64,000 nt of DNA from Clostridiales bacterium (lineage in GTDB: Bacteria; Bacillota; Clostridia; Oscillospirales; Oscillospiraceae): assembly GCA_012719035.1 (NCBI GenBank), contig JAAYBD010000009.1:246-64245 (forward strand), read 5' to 3'. The position numbers and the translations under genes were made by a program. The notes beneath the pieces were generated by a model. The model made no database searches. It saw only the letters and a list, made by a program, of their open reading frames with translations, and had not been told where the DNA came from. Positions 46,264 to 56,212 of this stretch are shown here, in pieces (within the stretch, counting starts at the first letter, position 1; the number at the start of each line of letters is the position of its first letter).

Positions 46264-47376
46264 ATGTCGCTGTTAAGAAATGCGACCGGATTAATGGTGG
46301 ACAGGGCTGGCAAGATAAGATATTATTTTCGCAATGCAAAGTGCGAAGTAGCTGAAAGAAATTTATTTTCTTTAAAAATAGCGAGTGTTGGCGGAGTTTT
46401 TCTGACGCTGTTTATATATGCCGTATCACGGCTGGTATATGGAGCGTGGAAAATGACATGGCACGGCTGGCTTTTGATAATTGTGCTGGCAGCGTTTTCT
46501 CTTTTTGCCCTTTTATACGGTAAACGCAGAACAATAGATTTCAACACAGTACAGGCAGTCTGCATTTTTTTCATTTCAATCACAATAATCCTGCTTGTTA
46601 ACATAAGCGTTTTTCCGTTTCCGCATGAACCCGAATCGCTCATAGGCTGCTACCTTATACTTGTGCCGCTTTTTTTCATTATCCGCCCATTGATAATCAC
46701 CCTTCTCGTTATAACAGGCGGAGCGATATTCTGCATATTGGCATATATGTTCAAAACTCCGCTCAGTGCTTCCCATGATATTTTTACAACGATTCTGGGT
46801 ATGATTTTTTCTCTTATCGTACTCGCATACACTTGCCGTCTTAGATCCAATGATTATTTTTCAAGAGAAAAGTACAGAAAGCTCAGCCATACGGATCTTT
46901 TAACGGGACTGCTGAATAAGCGCAGCTACGAGTTTCTGTGCCAGCAGCAGCTAAAGGAGCGGGATGTTGATTCTCCCTGCGCGCTTTTTGTGTTTGATAT
47001 TGACAATTTCAAGCGTATAAATGACACATATGGGCATATTATGGGCGACAGGGTGCTTGAGCTTGTTGGTAAGAATCTTTCGGCGTATTTTAGAGAGGGC
47101 GATCTTGTCGGGCGTATCGGCGGCGATGAGTTCAGCGCGTTTGTCTGCATCCGCGGAAGCTGCGATGCGATTAGTTTGAGAGCTGAACAAATATTGGCTG
47201 AGATACAAGAGTGCGCCTGCAGGGAACTGAATGTAGAAGTGACGATGAGCTTGGGAATTGCCATTATACAAAGAGGGGCTGTAAAATTCCATGAGCTGTA
47301 TGCAAATGCGGATAAGGCGCTCTATTCATTGAAGCGTTCCCCCGGTAAGGGCTGGCAGATAAATATAATAAAATAG
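46264..47376 (+). CDS. Membrane-bound diguanylate cyclase (GGDEF domain with RxxD I-site)
   Basis: About 5-6 N-terminal TM helices. REGDLVGRIGGDEFSAF. ATG at 46264 chosen (AAGGAG 9 nt upstream). Confidence 0.8.
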   Translation: MSLLRNATGLMVDRAGKIRYYFRNAKCEVAERNLFSLKIASVGGVFLTLFIYAVSRLVYGAWKMTWHGWLLIIVLAAFSLFALLYGKRRTIDFNTVQAVCIFFISITIILLVNISVFPFPHEPESLIGCYLILVPLFFIIRPLIITLLVITGGAIFCILAYMFKTPLSASHDIFTTILGMIFSLIVLAYTCRLRSNDYFSREKYRKLSHTDLLTGLLNKRSYEFLCQQQLKERDVDSPCALFVFDIDNFKRINDTYGHIMGDRVLELVGKNLSAYFREGDLVGRIGGDEFSAFVCIRGSCDAISLRAEQILAEIQECACRELNVEVTMSLGIAIIQRGAVKFHELYANADKALYSLKRSPGKGWQINIIK

Positions 47377-47381
47377 CTATA

Positions 47382-47425
47382 AAAAAACTCTCGGAAGCAC
47401 TATCTGCGCTTTCGGGAGTTTTTGT
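47382..47425. terminator. bidirectional terminator between the GGDEF gene and proS
   Basis: AAAAAAACTCTCGGAAGC...GCTTTCGGGAGTTTTTG, an imperfect hairpin flanked by A and T runs. Confidence 0.6.
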
Positions 47426-47434
47426 TGTCTTAAA

Positions 47435-48871
47435 TCAGTATGCAACGCCCCAAATAATCATCTTATTCGCAGGTTTTCCGCAGATGGGGCAGGTGTCGGA
47501 GAGGCTTTCCTGAACGAAAGGTATGCAGCGGCTTGTGACACCGGCTTTTTCTTTCATTGCCAGCTCGCACTCGAGGTCGCCGCACCACATGGTCTTTATA
47601 AAGCCTCCGCCTGTTTCCACGATGCTTTTTACTTCCTCGATAGAGGAGGCTGTATATGTGTGTTCCTCAAGGTTCTTTTTTGCCTTTGCATACATTCCGG
47701 CATGGATTTCTTCAAGAAGCTGAGGAATCTTTGTTTCAAGCTCGCTGAGAGAGACAATGGTTTTTTCGCGGTTATCGCGCCGTACACATACACAGTGACC
47801 GGCTTCAATGTCCTTGGGGCCGATTTCGACGCGGAGGGGAACGCCCTTCATTTCATATTCGGCGAATTTCCATCCGGGAGAGTTGTCAGAGAAATCACCT
47901 TTGACGCGAAGTCCCACAGACTTCAACCTGCCGATGAGCTCCTCTGCTTTTTCGATGACGCCCTCCTTATGCTGTGCTATAGGCAGTACGATGACCTGAA
48001 TGGGTGCAATTTGGGGGGGGAGGACAAGACCGTTGTTGTCGCCGTGGGTCATGATGATACCGCCGATGATGCGAGTGGAAAGTCCCCATGAAGTCTGATG
48101 GGGAGTTGTCAGCTTATTTTCCTTGTCGGTGAATGAGATGTCGAATGCCTCGGCAAAACCATCTCCGAAATAGTGGCTTGTGCCGCTTTGCAGAGCCTTG
48201 TGGTCGTGCATCATGCACTCAATGGTATAGGTCCGCACCGCACCGGCGAATTTTTCCTTATCTGTTTTGCAGCCGCGGACAACCGGCATAGCGAGAACAT
48301 TCTCGCAAAGCTCGGCATAGGTTTCGAGCTGCTGCTCGGTTTCGGCTATAGCCTCCTCGGCCGTTGCATGGAGAGTATGACCCTCCTGCCACAGGAATTC
48401 GCGGTGACGGAGGAAGGGTCTTGTGGTTTTTTCCCAGCGCAGCACGCTGCACCACTGGTTATAAAGCAGGGGAAGGTCGCGCCATGAATGAACGATGTTG
48501 TGCCAGTGGTCGCAGAAGAGCGTTTCCGAGGTGGGGCGTATGCAAAGCTTTTCCTCAAGCTCTTCCTCGCCGCCCAGAGTTACCCATGCACATTCGGGCG
48601 CAAATCCCACAACATGATCTTTTTCCTTTTGCAGAAGGGATTCTGGTATCAAAAGAGGCATATATACGTTTTGATGTCCGGTTTCTTTAAAACGTCTGTC
48701 GAGTTCAGATTGGATGTTTTCCCAAATGGCATAGCCGTAAGGGCGGAGGATGAGCAGTCCCTTTACGCTGGAATACTCTATCAGCTCAGCCTTTTTGCAT
48801 ACGTCCGTATACCATTTTGCGAAATCGACCTCCATGTCGGTTATCTGTTCGACCTTTTTGTCCATAGCCAT
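47435..48871 (-). CDS. proS: Proline--tRNA ligase (short archaeal/eukaryote-like type)
   Basis: 478 aa class II synthetase. [23 protein letters not shown]-terminal Zn motif CIPF...CPICG. Confidence 0.9.
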   Translation of the reverse strand: MAMDKKVEQITDMEVDFAKWYTDVCKKAELIEYSSVKGLLILRPYGYAIWENIQSELDRRFKETGHQNVYMPLLIPESLLQKEKDHVVGFAPECAWVTLGGEEELEEKLCIRPTSETLFCDHWHNIVHSWRDLPLLYNQWCSVLRWEKTTRPFLRHREFLWQEGHTLHATAEEAIAETEQQLETYAELCENVLAMPVVRGCKTDKEKFAGAVRTYTIECMMHDHKALQSGTSHYFGDGFAEAFDISFTDKENKLTTPHQTSWGLSTRIIGGIIMTHGDNNGLVLPPQIAPIQVIVLPIAQHKEGVIEKAEELIGRLKSVGLRVKGDFSDNSPGWKFAEYEMKGVPLRVEIGPKDIEAGHCVCVRRDNREKTIVSLSELETKIPQLLEEIHAGMYAKAKKNLEEHTYTASSIEEVKSIVETGGGFIKTMWCGDLECELAMKEKAGVTSRCIPFVQESLSDTCPICGKPANKMIIWGVAY

Positions 48872-49077
48872 TTTGTATGATCAATCCCTTCGATTATTTC
48901 ATAAGCATAATGTTTTCAGATGCACTCTTTTTATCTTTCTAAAATGCAGTGGTTTGGCGGGACAAAATGCTCCGCCGAGTTTCATCCTGTAATTCTATAA
49001 AATATATACGTGCTTGTCAAGAACAATAGGGTATTTGCCGCCGTATTATGGGGTGATATTCATAATAATGGAGGCGG

Positions 49078-49389
49078 GTGCTGGTGAGCGCTTTTGCTAA
49101 ATTCTATTTTCGTCCGTCAAAGGGTGAAAAAATACACACGGTGGTTACGCCGAAAGAAGACGAAAGCTGCGGAATATGCGGGAAAGTGACGGATGGCGAA
49201 AGACCGGTAACGGGGGCGTTTGTCCTGCTTTTTGAAACAGAAGGACAGGAAACGAAAAAGCTCCTGTCGGCGGTTACGACTGATGAAGACGGGGAGTTTG
49301 CTTTTGGACCGCTTGCTGAAAAGGAGCTTTACGTGATCAAAATATACAAGGACAGTCTGAAACTCCGCGAGCTTGAAATAACAGTATAG
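49078..49389 (+). CDS. Hypothetical small protein with carboxypeptidase-regulatory-like beta-sandwich signature
   Basis: GKVTDGERPVTGAFVLLFE...TTDEDGEFAFGPL. Start uncertain (non-ATG). Confidence 0.4.
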   Translation: MLVSAFAKFYFRPSKGEKIHTVVTPKEDESCGICGKVTDGERPVTGAFVLLFETEGQETKKLLSAVTTDEDGEFAFGPLAEKELYVIKIYKDSLKLRELEITV

Positions 49390-49403
49390 TGCAGTTTGCA
49401 GAT

Positions 49404-49441
49404 GAAAAAAAGTGGCGGTTCGGCTTCATACCGAACCGCCA
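49404..49441. terminator. bidirectional terminator
   Basis: AAAAAAA-GT-GGCGGTTCGG-cttcata-CCGAACCGCC. Confidence 0.7.
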
Positions 49442-49453
49442 TGTAAGTGTTTT

Positions 49454-50458
49454 TTATTTGAACCCTCGTTCGCGCTTTATTGCTCTAATATCCCTGCCTG
49501 CAAAGTTTAGAGGGAAGTATTCGCCCTCAAGCCGTGAAACGATCTGAGGCGTGTAACGCTTTCGCATCTCATCCTCGCTGAGGTTCGTGGTAATGATTGT
49601 CTTGCCTCCGCTTATTAGACGGCTGTTTATGAGCGTGTACATTGCACTGAGTGTAAAATTCGTCGTCATTTCCGTACCAAGATCATCCAGAATTAGGAGA
49701 TCGCAGTCCATATAGCGCCTGACACGAGAGGAAATCTCTTCGGAATTGCCTCCACGGTCAAATTTCTGAATTTCGAAGGCTTCCATAACTGAAACGGCGG
49801 TGTCATATACGACCGAAAAGCCCTTTTCCGAAACAACTCTCGCTATACAGGCGGAAAGAAAGGTCTTGCCCAGACCTGTGTTTCCACGGAAAAGGAGGTT
49901 TACCGATTTGTTGTCGAAGCCTTCGGCATACTCGCGGCAGATACTGAGTGTGGCTGACATCACCGCCCTCGGAGAATCATGCCAAGTGTGGTCGTATTTA
50001 TCATCGTAAAAGCTAAGGTCAAAGCTTTCAAAGGACTGTCCGCTGATATTCAGCATGCTGCTGAGCTCGCGGACGGTTTCGGCTTTATACAGGTTTTGTA
50101 GGCAGTCGCAGGGTCTGCCGAGAACATAGCCTGTGTCTTTGCATTTTGGACAATTGAAGATTTCATCGATATAGTCTGCGGGATATCCGCCGGAAGAGAG
50201 CAGCTCTGCACGTCTTTTTAGTAGAGCTTCGCAGCTGCTTCTGGCATTTTCAACGGCGGCACCGGCATCGGCGCCCTTTTTCAGCGCTTCGGAGGCAACG
50301 CCTGTCATCAGACGTGTTATTTCAGCTTCAGTTTCTCTGACAGCGGGTATGCAGGCGTACACCTCCGCCCTGCGGCGGCTGAGTTCCGTTTCGTTTTTTT
50401 GTTTTATTTCTGCTATAGTATCCCTGACTCGAGCCAGAATTCTGCCGTCGTATGTCAT
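49454..50458 (-). CDS. DnaC/DnaI-like replicative helicase loader (AAA+)
   Basis: Zn-ribbon CPKCKDTGYVLGRPCDC, Walker A GNTGLGKTFL, Walker B LLILDDLG. Confidence 0.8.
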   Translation of the reverse strand: MTYDGRILARVRDTIAEIKQKNETELSRRRAEVYACIPAVRETEAEITRLMTGVASEALKKGADAGAAVENARSSCEALLKRRAELLSSGGYPADYIDEIFNCPKCKDTGYVLGRPCDCLQNLYKAETVRELSSMLNISGQSFESFDLSFYDDKYDHTWHDSPRAVMSATLSICREYAEGFDNKSVNLLFRGNTGLGKTFLSACIARVVSEKGFSVVYDTAVSVMEAFEIQKFDRGGNSEEISSRVRRYMDCDLLILDDLGTEMTTNFTLSAMYTLINSRLISGGKTIITTNLSEDEMRKRYTPQIVSRLEGEYFPLNFAGRDIRAIKRERGFK

Positions 50459-50475
50459 AAGTTCACCTCAAAAAG

Positions 50476-51432
50476 TCAGCCGTTCTTGACCTTGTCCCAG
50501 ATTTTTTTCATTCGCTCCGATTCGGATTCGGAAGCTGCGCCGCCGTTAGACCTGAGGGAGGGACGAGAAGACTCCGCGCCGGTTCCCGAGGGTCTGTCGC
50601 CTGCAGTTATCTCCTCTATGGTATGGAGGTTTTTGTTGTGCCAGTTCACGAGGATGGAGTTCATGTACTTCCATGCAAGGCTGCCGGTTTTTATAATGGT
50701 TTTGTCGTATGCAACGGCGATAGCCTCAAATCCAAAGCCCATGTCCAGCCAGCTTTCGACATATCTGCGCTCTGTAGAACTGAAATTCCGTCCGCTGATT
50801 TGAAGCAGACGTTTGATGTCTGCAATCTCGCCGCTTCTTGCTCTTTTCTTCATTAAGTATTCTTCCGCGCGCTCGAGTGTAAGTATTTCGCAGTTATACC
50901 AGACATAAGCTTCCTTTTCCACTGTGCGCATGGAGGGAAGCTTGCCGGGACCGAGGCGTTCGCGGGTCTCTTCAACGCAGTGGTTGATAAGTATAAATAT
51001 GACCTCGGCGGGCAGCCGCAGATAATCGTATATGCCGAAAAGTATTTTTAAATCCGCGCCTGTCAGAATATGCCCCATTATGCGCTGAGTTTCGTCTACA
51101 ATGGCTTTGAATTCACCATTTTCGCATGTGCGCAGAGAAATATCCTCCGCCGTATATTCCGGAAGCTCTTCCGCGGGCATGGGAACCGTTTTTTCCGGTG
51201 CATTATTAAACAGCCCCATGTCACAGAGCAGCTTTATAGCTTTTGAAATTTCCGTTTTAGTTCTCTTCAGAGCCGTCGCCGCGCTCTGCTCTGTAAAATC
51301 ACTGCCGCTTCGTAATGCGTAAAGATACAGCAGGGCGGCAGTCCCGTCACAGGTGCTAAGCAGCTTGTCCGCATCGGTGATAGGGACGGCGAGACTCATT
51401 TCTCTTGAAAGCCTGTATTTTTTGTCGTCCAT
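50476..51432 (-). CDS. DnaD-domain replication initiation protein
   Basis: Tandem DnaD-like regions (YVESWLDMGFGFEAIAVAYDKT). ATG at 51432 with GGAGGG RBS is preferred over the GTG at 51465. Confidence 0.7.
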   Translation of the reverse strand: MDDKKYRLSREMSLAVPITDADKLLSTCDGTAALLYLYALRSGSDFTEQSAATALKRTKTEISKAIKLLCDMGLFNNAPEKTVPMPAEELPEYTAEDISLRTCENGEFKAIVDETQRIMGHILTGADLKILFGIYDYLRLPAEVIFILINHCVEETRERLGPGKLPSMRTVEKEAYVWYNCEILTLERAEEYLMKKRARSGEIADIKRLLQISGRNFSSTERRYVESWLDMGFGFEAIAVAYDKTIIKTGSLAWKYMNSILVNWHNKNLHTIEEITAGDRPSGTGAESSRPSLRSNGGAASESESERMKKIWDKVKNG

Positions 51433-51504
51433 GTGTCCCTCCGCGTTGTATTTTGTAAGGAACACATTATAACATTATTTTTGACTTGTAGCAATACATC
51501 TATT

Positions 51505-51660
51505 TATGATATAATATCTGCGAACAGATATTATATCTGATTAAAATAAATATATCATAACGCCGTTTTACGGCTATGATATAATATCCGCGAACAGATA
51601 TTATGCCTGATCAAAATTAAATATATCATAACGCCGTTTTACGGCTATGATATAATCCGC
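51505..51660. repeat. 70/71-bp tandem direct repeat, 2.2 copies, each unit containing two palindromes and a TGaTATAAT motif
   Basis: Units start at 51505, 51575 and 51646. Palindrome 1 is ATAATATCTG-cgaa-CAGATATTAT. Palindrome 2 is ATATCATAacGCCGT-ttt-ACGGCTATGATAT. Confidence 0.9.
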
Positions 51661-51788
51661 TTTAGGATTGCATATGGGTAAAGCGGCATTTCAGAATATT
51701 TAAACAACCGCCATTAAATAAAAAGGCGCACCAAATATGATTTGTTTTAGCTAAAGTATCAGTAATTACGAAAGAGGTGTATAGCCGA

Positions 51789-52061
51789 ATGATGAAGAAT
51801 ATTATTGTCGAAATAGCCGGGCGCGAATACCAGTTAAAGACCGATGAAGATGCGGAATACGTACGCGAGCTTGCAAATATCGTGACTGTTAAGGTGCTTG
51901 AAATAAAACGTGACTCGGGCGCATCCGCCCTTGACTGTGCCACAATGGCGGCGCTCGATTTTGCGGACCGCTATTGTAAAGAAATGCTCAATAAGAAAAA
52001 GCCATCGACAAAAAAGCAGGCGACCGCCCAGACACAGACGGAGCCGACAAAGCTTCTCTGA
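51789..52061 (+). CDS. zapA: Cell division protein ZapA
   Basis: MMKNIIVEIAGREYQLKTDEDAEYVRELANIV...ALDCATMAALDFADRY. AAAGAGG RBS. Confidence 0.8.
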   Translation: MMKNIIVEIAGREYQLKTDEDAEYVRELANIVTVKVLEIKRDSGASALDCATMAALDFADRYCKEMLNKKKPSTKKQATAQTQTEPTKLL

Positions 52062-52085
52062 CGGCGGGCACCGAAAGGCAAAGTT

Positions 52086-54173
52086 ATGTTAGAATTACTT
52101 TCACCTGCCGGTTCGCCGGAGGCGGTTGTTGCCGCCGTTCAGAGCGGGGCTGATGCGATTTATATGGGCTTTGGAGGCTTTAACGCACGCCGCGGCGCAA
52201 AAAATTTCACGGACGAGGAATTTGATTCCGCCGTCCGCTATTGTCGTGTCCGCGGCTGTAAGGTATATGTAACGCTCAACACACTTGTAAGCGACAGGGA
52301 GGTGACCGAAGCTGTCAAGCTTGCCTGTCATGCCGCTGAAATCGGCGTTGATGCGATTATTGTTCAGGACCTTGGGTTTGCCCGTGTTTTGAGATGCGTT
52401 CTTCCCGATATGCCGCTTCATGCAAGCACTCAGATGAGCATACACAATCTTGCCGGTGTTGAGGCTGCGGCCGAAATGGGAATTTCACGCGCGGTTCTGG
52501 CAAGAGAACTGAGCTTTGAGCAGATTTCCATGATTGCTGAAAAATCGCCCATAGAGCTTGAGGTTTTTGCTCATGGCGCACTGTGCTTCTGCCATTCGGG
52601 TCAGTGCTATATGAGCGCTCTCATAGGCAGGCGCAGCGGAAACCGGGGCGCCTGTGCTCAGCCATGCAGATTGCAGTACAGTCTTGGCGGAAGGATGGAC
52701 AACTATCCTCTCAGCCTTAAAGACAACTGTCTTGTAGCACACCTTAAAGAACTTGAAAAAGCGGGTGTTGCCTGTGTTAAAATAGAGGGACGCATGAAGC
52801 GTCCGGAATATTCAGCGATAGTTACAAAAATTTATTCCCGCGCAATACACGATGGAGCGGAGCCGTCCGAACTTGAAATGCAGCAGCTTGAAACGGCTTT
52901 TTCCCGCCAAGGTTTTACGGAAGGTTACTTTGATGGCAAAAAGGGAGCGCATATGTTCGGAGTTCGAGGAGAACCGGACAGGGACGTCAATAAGCTTTAT
53001 AACTCCGCAAGGAAGGAATACGCTCATTCAGAACTCCGGCGTGTTCCAATAAAGTTTTTTTCAATGATAAAAGCGGGCGAAAAATCACGCTTTGCCGTTG
53101 AAGATCAGCAGGGCAACAAAGTCATCAAAGAAGGACCCGTACCTCAAAAAGCAGAGAATCAGGCTCTTACTCAGAAGGGCATATATGACCAGTTCTACAA
53201 AACGGGAGGAACTCCCTTTCTTTGCTCCGATGTTTCGGCGGTTGTTGACGAGGGACTTTTCATGCCCTCTTCCGTACTGAATGAGATGCGCCGTTCGCTT
53301 CTTGAAGCTCTTTCCGAAGAAAGAAAAAGACCCCCTGTGAGAAAAGTCGGCAAAATGCCGAAAACTCCCGTTGATGTCAAAGTTCTGGGAGAGCCAAAGC
53401 TTATTATGCAGATAAGCTCCGCCGACCAGCTTACGGAGGAGCTCGCGGAGTTTTCACCTGATTACATCTATGTTCCCCTGGAAATACTTATAAATAACCC
53501 CGCTGCCGTCCTGCCCTTTGCAAAAAAAGGGGCTGTTCCGGTTGCGGTTTTGCCGCGTGTGATCACGGACGACCAAATGCCTGAAATAATCGCCATGCTC
53601 AGCAGGGCAAGTGCGATGGGCGTGACTCAGGCGCTCATAGGAAATATGGGGCATATCCGTTTTACAAGACTTTCCGGATTTGATTTGAGAGGCGATTTTG
53701 GACTTAATGTCTATAACTCGGACACCTTGCAGGTTCTTAATGCAGCGGGATTTTTATCCGCGACTGCCTCGTTCGAGCTGCGTTTGAGTCAGATAAGAGA
53801 TATGCAGAAACCTATAAACACCGAGATTATTGCCTATGGGCGTTTGCCGCTTATGGTAAGCGACCAATGCATTATTAAAAACAGCGCGGGTCAATGCAAC
53901 TGTCAGAATCCCGTTTCGCTTTCGGACCGCACAGGGCAGATTTTTCCCGTTATGAGGGAATTTGGATGCAGGAATGTGATATTCAATGCGCACAAACTGT
54001 TTTTGGCGGATAAGCAGGAAGATTACGGGGACATTGGCGTTTGGGGGATAAGGCTTATCTTTACAAACGAAGGTGCCAAAGAATGTGTACGTATTGCGGA
54101 AAGCTATACGGGAAAGACAGACTACGTTCCAAACGGACTGACAAGAGGTCTTTATTACAGGGGTGTTGAGTAG
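52086..54173 (+). CDS. Peptidase U32 family protein (long form with C-terminal DUF3656-like region)
   Basis: 695 aa. N-terminal MLELLSPAGS..AVQSGADAIY, and EVFAHGALCFCHSGQCYMS. Confidence 0.85.
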   Translation: MLELLSPAGSPEAVVAAVQSGADAIYMGFGGFNARRGAKNFTDEEFDSAVRYCRVRGCKVYVTLNTLVSDREVTEAVKLACHAAEIGVDAIIVQDLGFARVLRCVLPDMPLHASTQMSIHNLAGVEAAAEMGISRAVLARELSFEQISMIAEKSPIELEVFAHGALCFCHSGQCYMSALIGRRSGNRGACAQPCRLQYSLGGRMDNYPLSLKDNCLVAHLKELEKAGVACVKIEGRMKRPEYSAIVTKIYSRAIHDGAEPSELEMQQLETAFSRQGFTEGYFDGKKGAHMFGVRGEPDRDVNKLYNSARKEYAHSELRRVPIKFFSMIKAGEKSRFAVEDQQGNKVIKEGPVPQKAENQALTQKGIYDQFYKTGGTPFLCSDVSAVVDEGLFMPSSVLNEMRRSLLEALSEERKRPPVRKVGKMPKTPVDVKVLGEPKLIMQISSADQLTEELAEFSPDYIYVPLEILINNPAAVLPFAKKGAVPVAVLPRVITDDQMPEIIAMLSRASAMGVTQALIGNMGHIRFTRLSGFDLRGDFGLNVYNSDTLQVLNAAGFLSATASFELRLSQIRDMQKPINTEIIAYGRLPLMVSDQCIIKNSAGQCNCQNPVSLSDRTGQIFPVMREFGCRNVIFNAHKLFLADKQEDYGDIGVWGIRLIFTNEGAKECVRIAESYTGKTDYVPNGLTRGLYYRGVE

Positions 54174-54217
54174 CGCTTGTGTTAAGTCTAAGACCTCAAT
54201 GTGAGGAGATGATATAT

Positions 54218-54790
54218 TTGGATATTGTTCTTGCGTCCGCATCCCCGCGCAGGCGAGAGCTTCTCAAAATGCTGGGAGTGGAGAATTTTAAAGTTGTCCC
54301 GGCAGTTGGGGAGGAGGTCATCACAAACGGGATGACCGCGTCTGATGCCGTCTGTTCGCTTTCTTTTGCAAAAGCAAGCGAGGTTTCAAAGCTCTGTGCC
54401 GAAGCAGATGTCATAATCGCCGCGGACACCGTGGTTGCTTTGGATGGAAAGATTTTAGGAAAACCTGTTAACAAGACTGACGCATTCCATATGCTGTCAC
54501 GTTTGTCGGGCAGAACTCATAATGTTTTTACGGGTGTAACGGTAATGAAAGGCGAAACGTCTTATACCGAATGTGAGAGGACAAGCGTCCGCTTTCGGGA
54601 ACTGACAGAACGCGAGATTTTTGCCTATATCGAAACGGGTGAACCAATGGATAAGGCGGGCGCATACGGCGCTCAGGGAATAGGCTCCCTTTTCGTCGAG
54701 GGCATTGAGGGCGATTTTTTCAATGTCGTAGGACTTCCCCTTTGCAGACTTTCAAAAATGCTTGAAAAAGTGGGCGTGAATTTGATTTGA
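54218..54790 (+). CDS. maf: Maf-like nucleoside triphosphate pyrophosphatase
   Basis: DIVLASASPRRRELL..., ADTVV, KAGAYGAQG. TTG at 54218 lies 9 nt after GAGGAG; the track ORF starts at 54179. Confidence 0.85.
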   Translation: MDIVLASASPRRRELLKMLGVENFKVVPAVGEEVITNGMTASDAVCSLSFAKASEVSKLCAEADVIIAADTVVALDGKILGKPVNKTDAFHMLSRLSGRTHNVFTGVTVMKGETSYTECERTSVRFRELTEREIFAYIETGEPMDKAGAYGAQGIGSLFVEGIEGDFFNVVGLPLCRLSKMLEKVGVNLI

Positions 54791-55638
54791 ATAAATTTAA
54801 AGAATACATCGTAAAAAACGGTATACGTCTCGGCGCGGTCATCGTGGTGGTTGCGCTTATTTCCGGTCTGGCGGCGGGGCGCTCAGAGGGCAGGGCGGGC
54901 GCCGCCGAAAATGCGGCGGCATCACTTACCTTGCCGGTAAAGCAAGGTTCTACAGGCATAGTGGCATGGCTTGAGAGCGTTTATGGCTATATGTACAGGT
55001 ACGACTCGCTTGCCGCCGAAAATGAGGACCTTAAAGTACAGCTCGCGCAGGCAGAGCGGCGGCTTCGCGAGGCGAAGGATGCTGAGAACGAAAATAAACG
55101 TCTTCGCGAACTTTTAAATCTGCGTGAAAAACACAGGGATTTTGTTTTTGAATCTGCAAAGATAATCGACCGTCCCCCCTCTAACTGGAGCAGGACATAT
55201 ACTATAAGCAAGGGCGAGGAATGTGATATCGCTGTGGGCGACTGCGTCATCGACAGCTGCTACAACCTTGTCGGACAGGTAATCGAAATAGGCTCGGGCT
55301 GGGCAACGGTCCGTTCTGTCATCGATACAGACATGAGGGTCGGAGTGCTGGTTGGCGAGGGAGGCAATGCCGCGATGGTAGTCGGCGATTTTGGGCTTAT
55401 GCAGAAAAGCGAGACCAAGCTTACATATCTTACGGAAGAAACGCGGGTGCTTGAGGGCGACGTGCTTATAACATCCGGCAAAGGCGGCGCATTCCCAAGA
55501 GGACTTACGGTCGGTGTCGTGACCAATGTTAAGACAGAGGCGGGCGGACAGATCGAATTTGCGACTATTGCTCCCGCTTGTGAGCTTGGGGCGCTGTCAC
55601 AGGTTTTTGTAATCAAGGATTTCAATATTGTTGAATAG
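54787..55638 (+). CDS. mreC: Rod shape-determining protein MreC
   Basis: TM, then coiled coil (ENEDLKVQLAQAERRLREAKDAENENKRLRELL), then beta-barrel domains (ITSGKGGAFPRGLTVG). TTG start overlaps the maf stop. Confidence 0.85.
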   Translation: MNKFKEYIVKNGIRLGAVIVVVALISGLAAGRSEGRAGAAENAAASLTLPVKQGSTGIVAWLESVYGYMYRYDSLAAENEDLKVQLAQAERRLREAKDAENENKRLRELLNLREKHRDFVFESAKIIDRPPSNWSRTYTISKGEECDIAVGDCVIDSCYNLVGQVIEIGSGWATVRSVIDTDMRVGVLVGEGGNAAMVVGDFGLMQKSETKLTYLTEETRVLEGDVLITSGKGGAFPRGLTVGVVTNVKTEAGGQIEFATIAPACELGALSQVFVIKDFNIVE

Positions 55639-55674
55639 TTTCTGGTCTGCGCTTAGGCGTATTGGAGGCATTTT

Positions 55675-56190
55675 ATGCTGTTTGATCTTATAAACATAGA
55701 AAAAATACGCAGAGCCATAATTTATGCGGGCGTTTTGCTGATTGTGCTTTTTGTTCAGAACATAGTGCTTTCAAAAATTGATGTTTTAGGAGTTCACGCG
55801 ATTATTGCGCCAATTGCTGTCGTTGCAGTAGGCTTTTTTGAAGGCGGTATATGGGGCGGAGTATTTGGACTCATTATGGGACTGTTTTGTGATATGTATT
55901 TCAACGATGCCCCCGTTCTTTTAACGGCGGTTTTTCCAATCATCGGTTTTATTTCAGGAACTATGGCGATGTTCTTTGTCAACAAGCGCTTTTTCTCCTT
56001 CTTTTTTGTGAGTTTGGCGGCGCTTGTTTTGACCGCGGCATGTCAGATGTTCAGATTCATCGTGATTCCGGAAGCTGATGTTTTATCGATTCTTATGACC
56101 GCCGGACTTCAGACATTGTGGTCGCTCCCGTTTACGTTCGTGGTGTATTATCCGTGCCGCGCGCTGACCGGCGTTGACTTGAGCGAATGA
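55675..56190 (+). CDS. mreD: Rod shape-determining protein MreD
   Basis: 171-aa polytopic membrane protein directly after mreC. GGAGG RBS. Confidence 0.75.
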   Translation: MLFDLINIEKIRRAIIYAGVLLIVLFVQNIVLSKIDVLGVHAIIAPIAVVAVGFFEGGIWGGVFGLIMGLFCDMYFNDAPVLLTAVFPIIGFISGTMAMFFVNKRFFSFFFVSLAALVLTAACQMFRFIVIPEADVLSILMTAGLQTLWSLPFTFVVYYPCRALTGVDLSE

Positions 56191-56212
56191 ACCCCTGCGA
56201 AAGGAATAGCTT

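Noticed and set aside
51505-51660. Possible CRISPR array
   Set aside because: There are only 2.2 copies and the whole 70-bp unit repeats, with no unique spacers. No cas genes are nearby.
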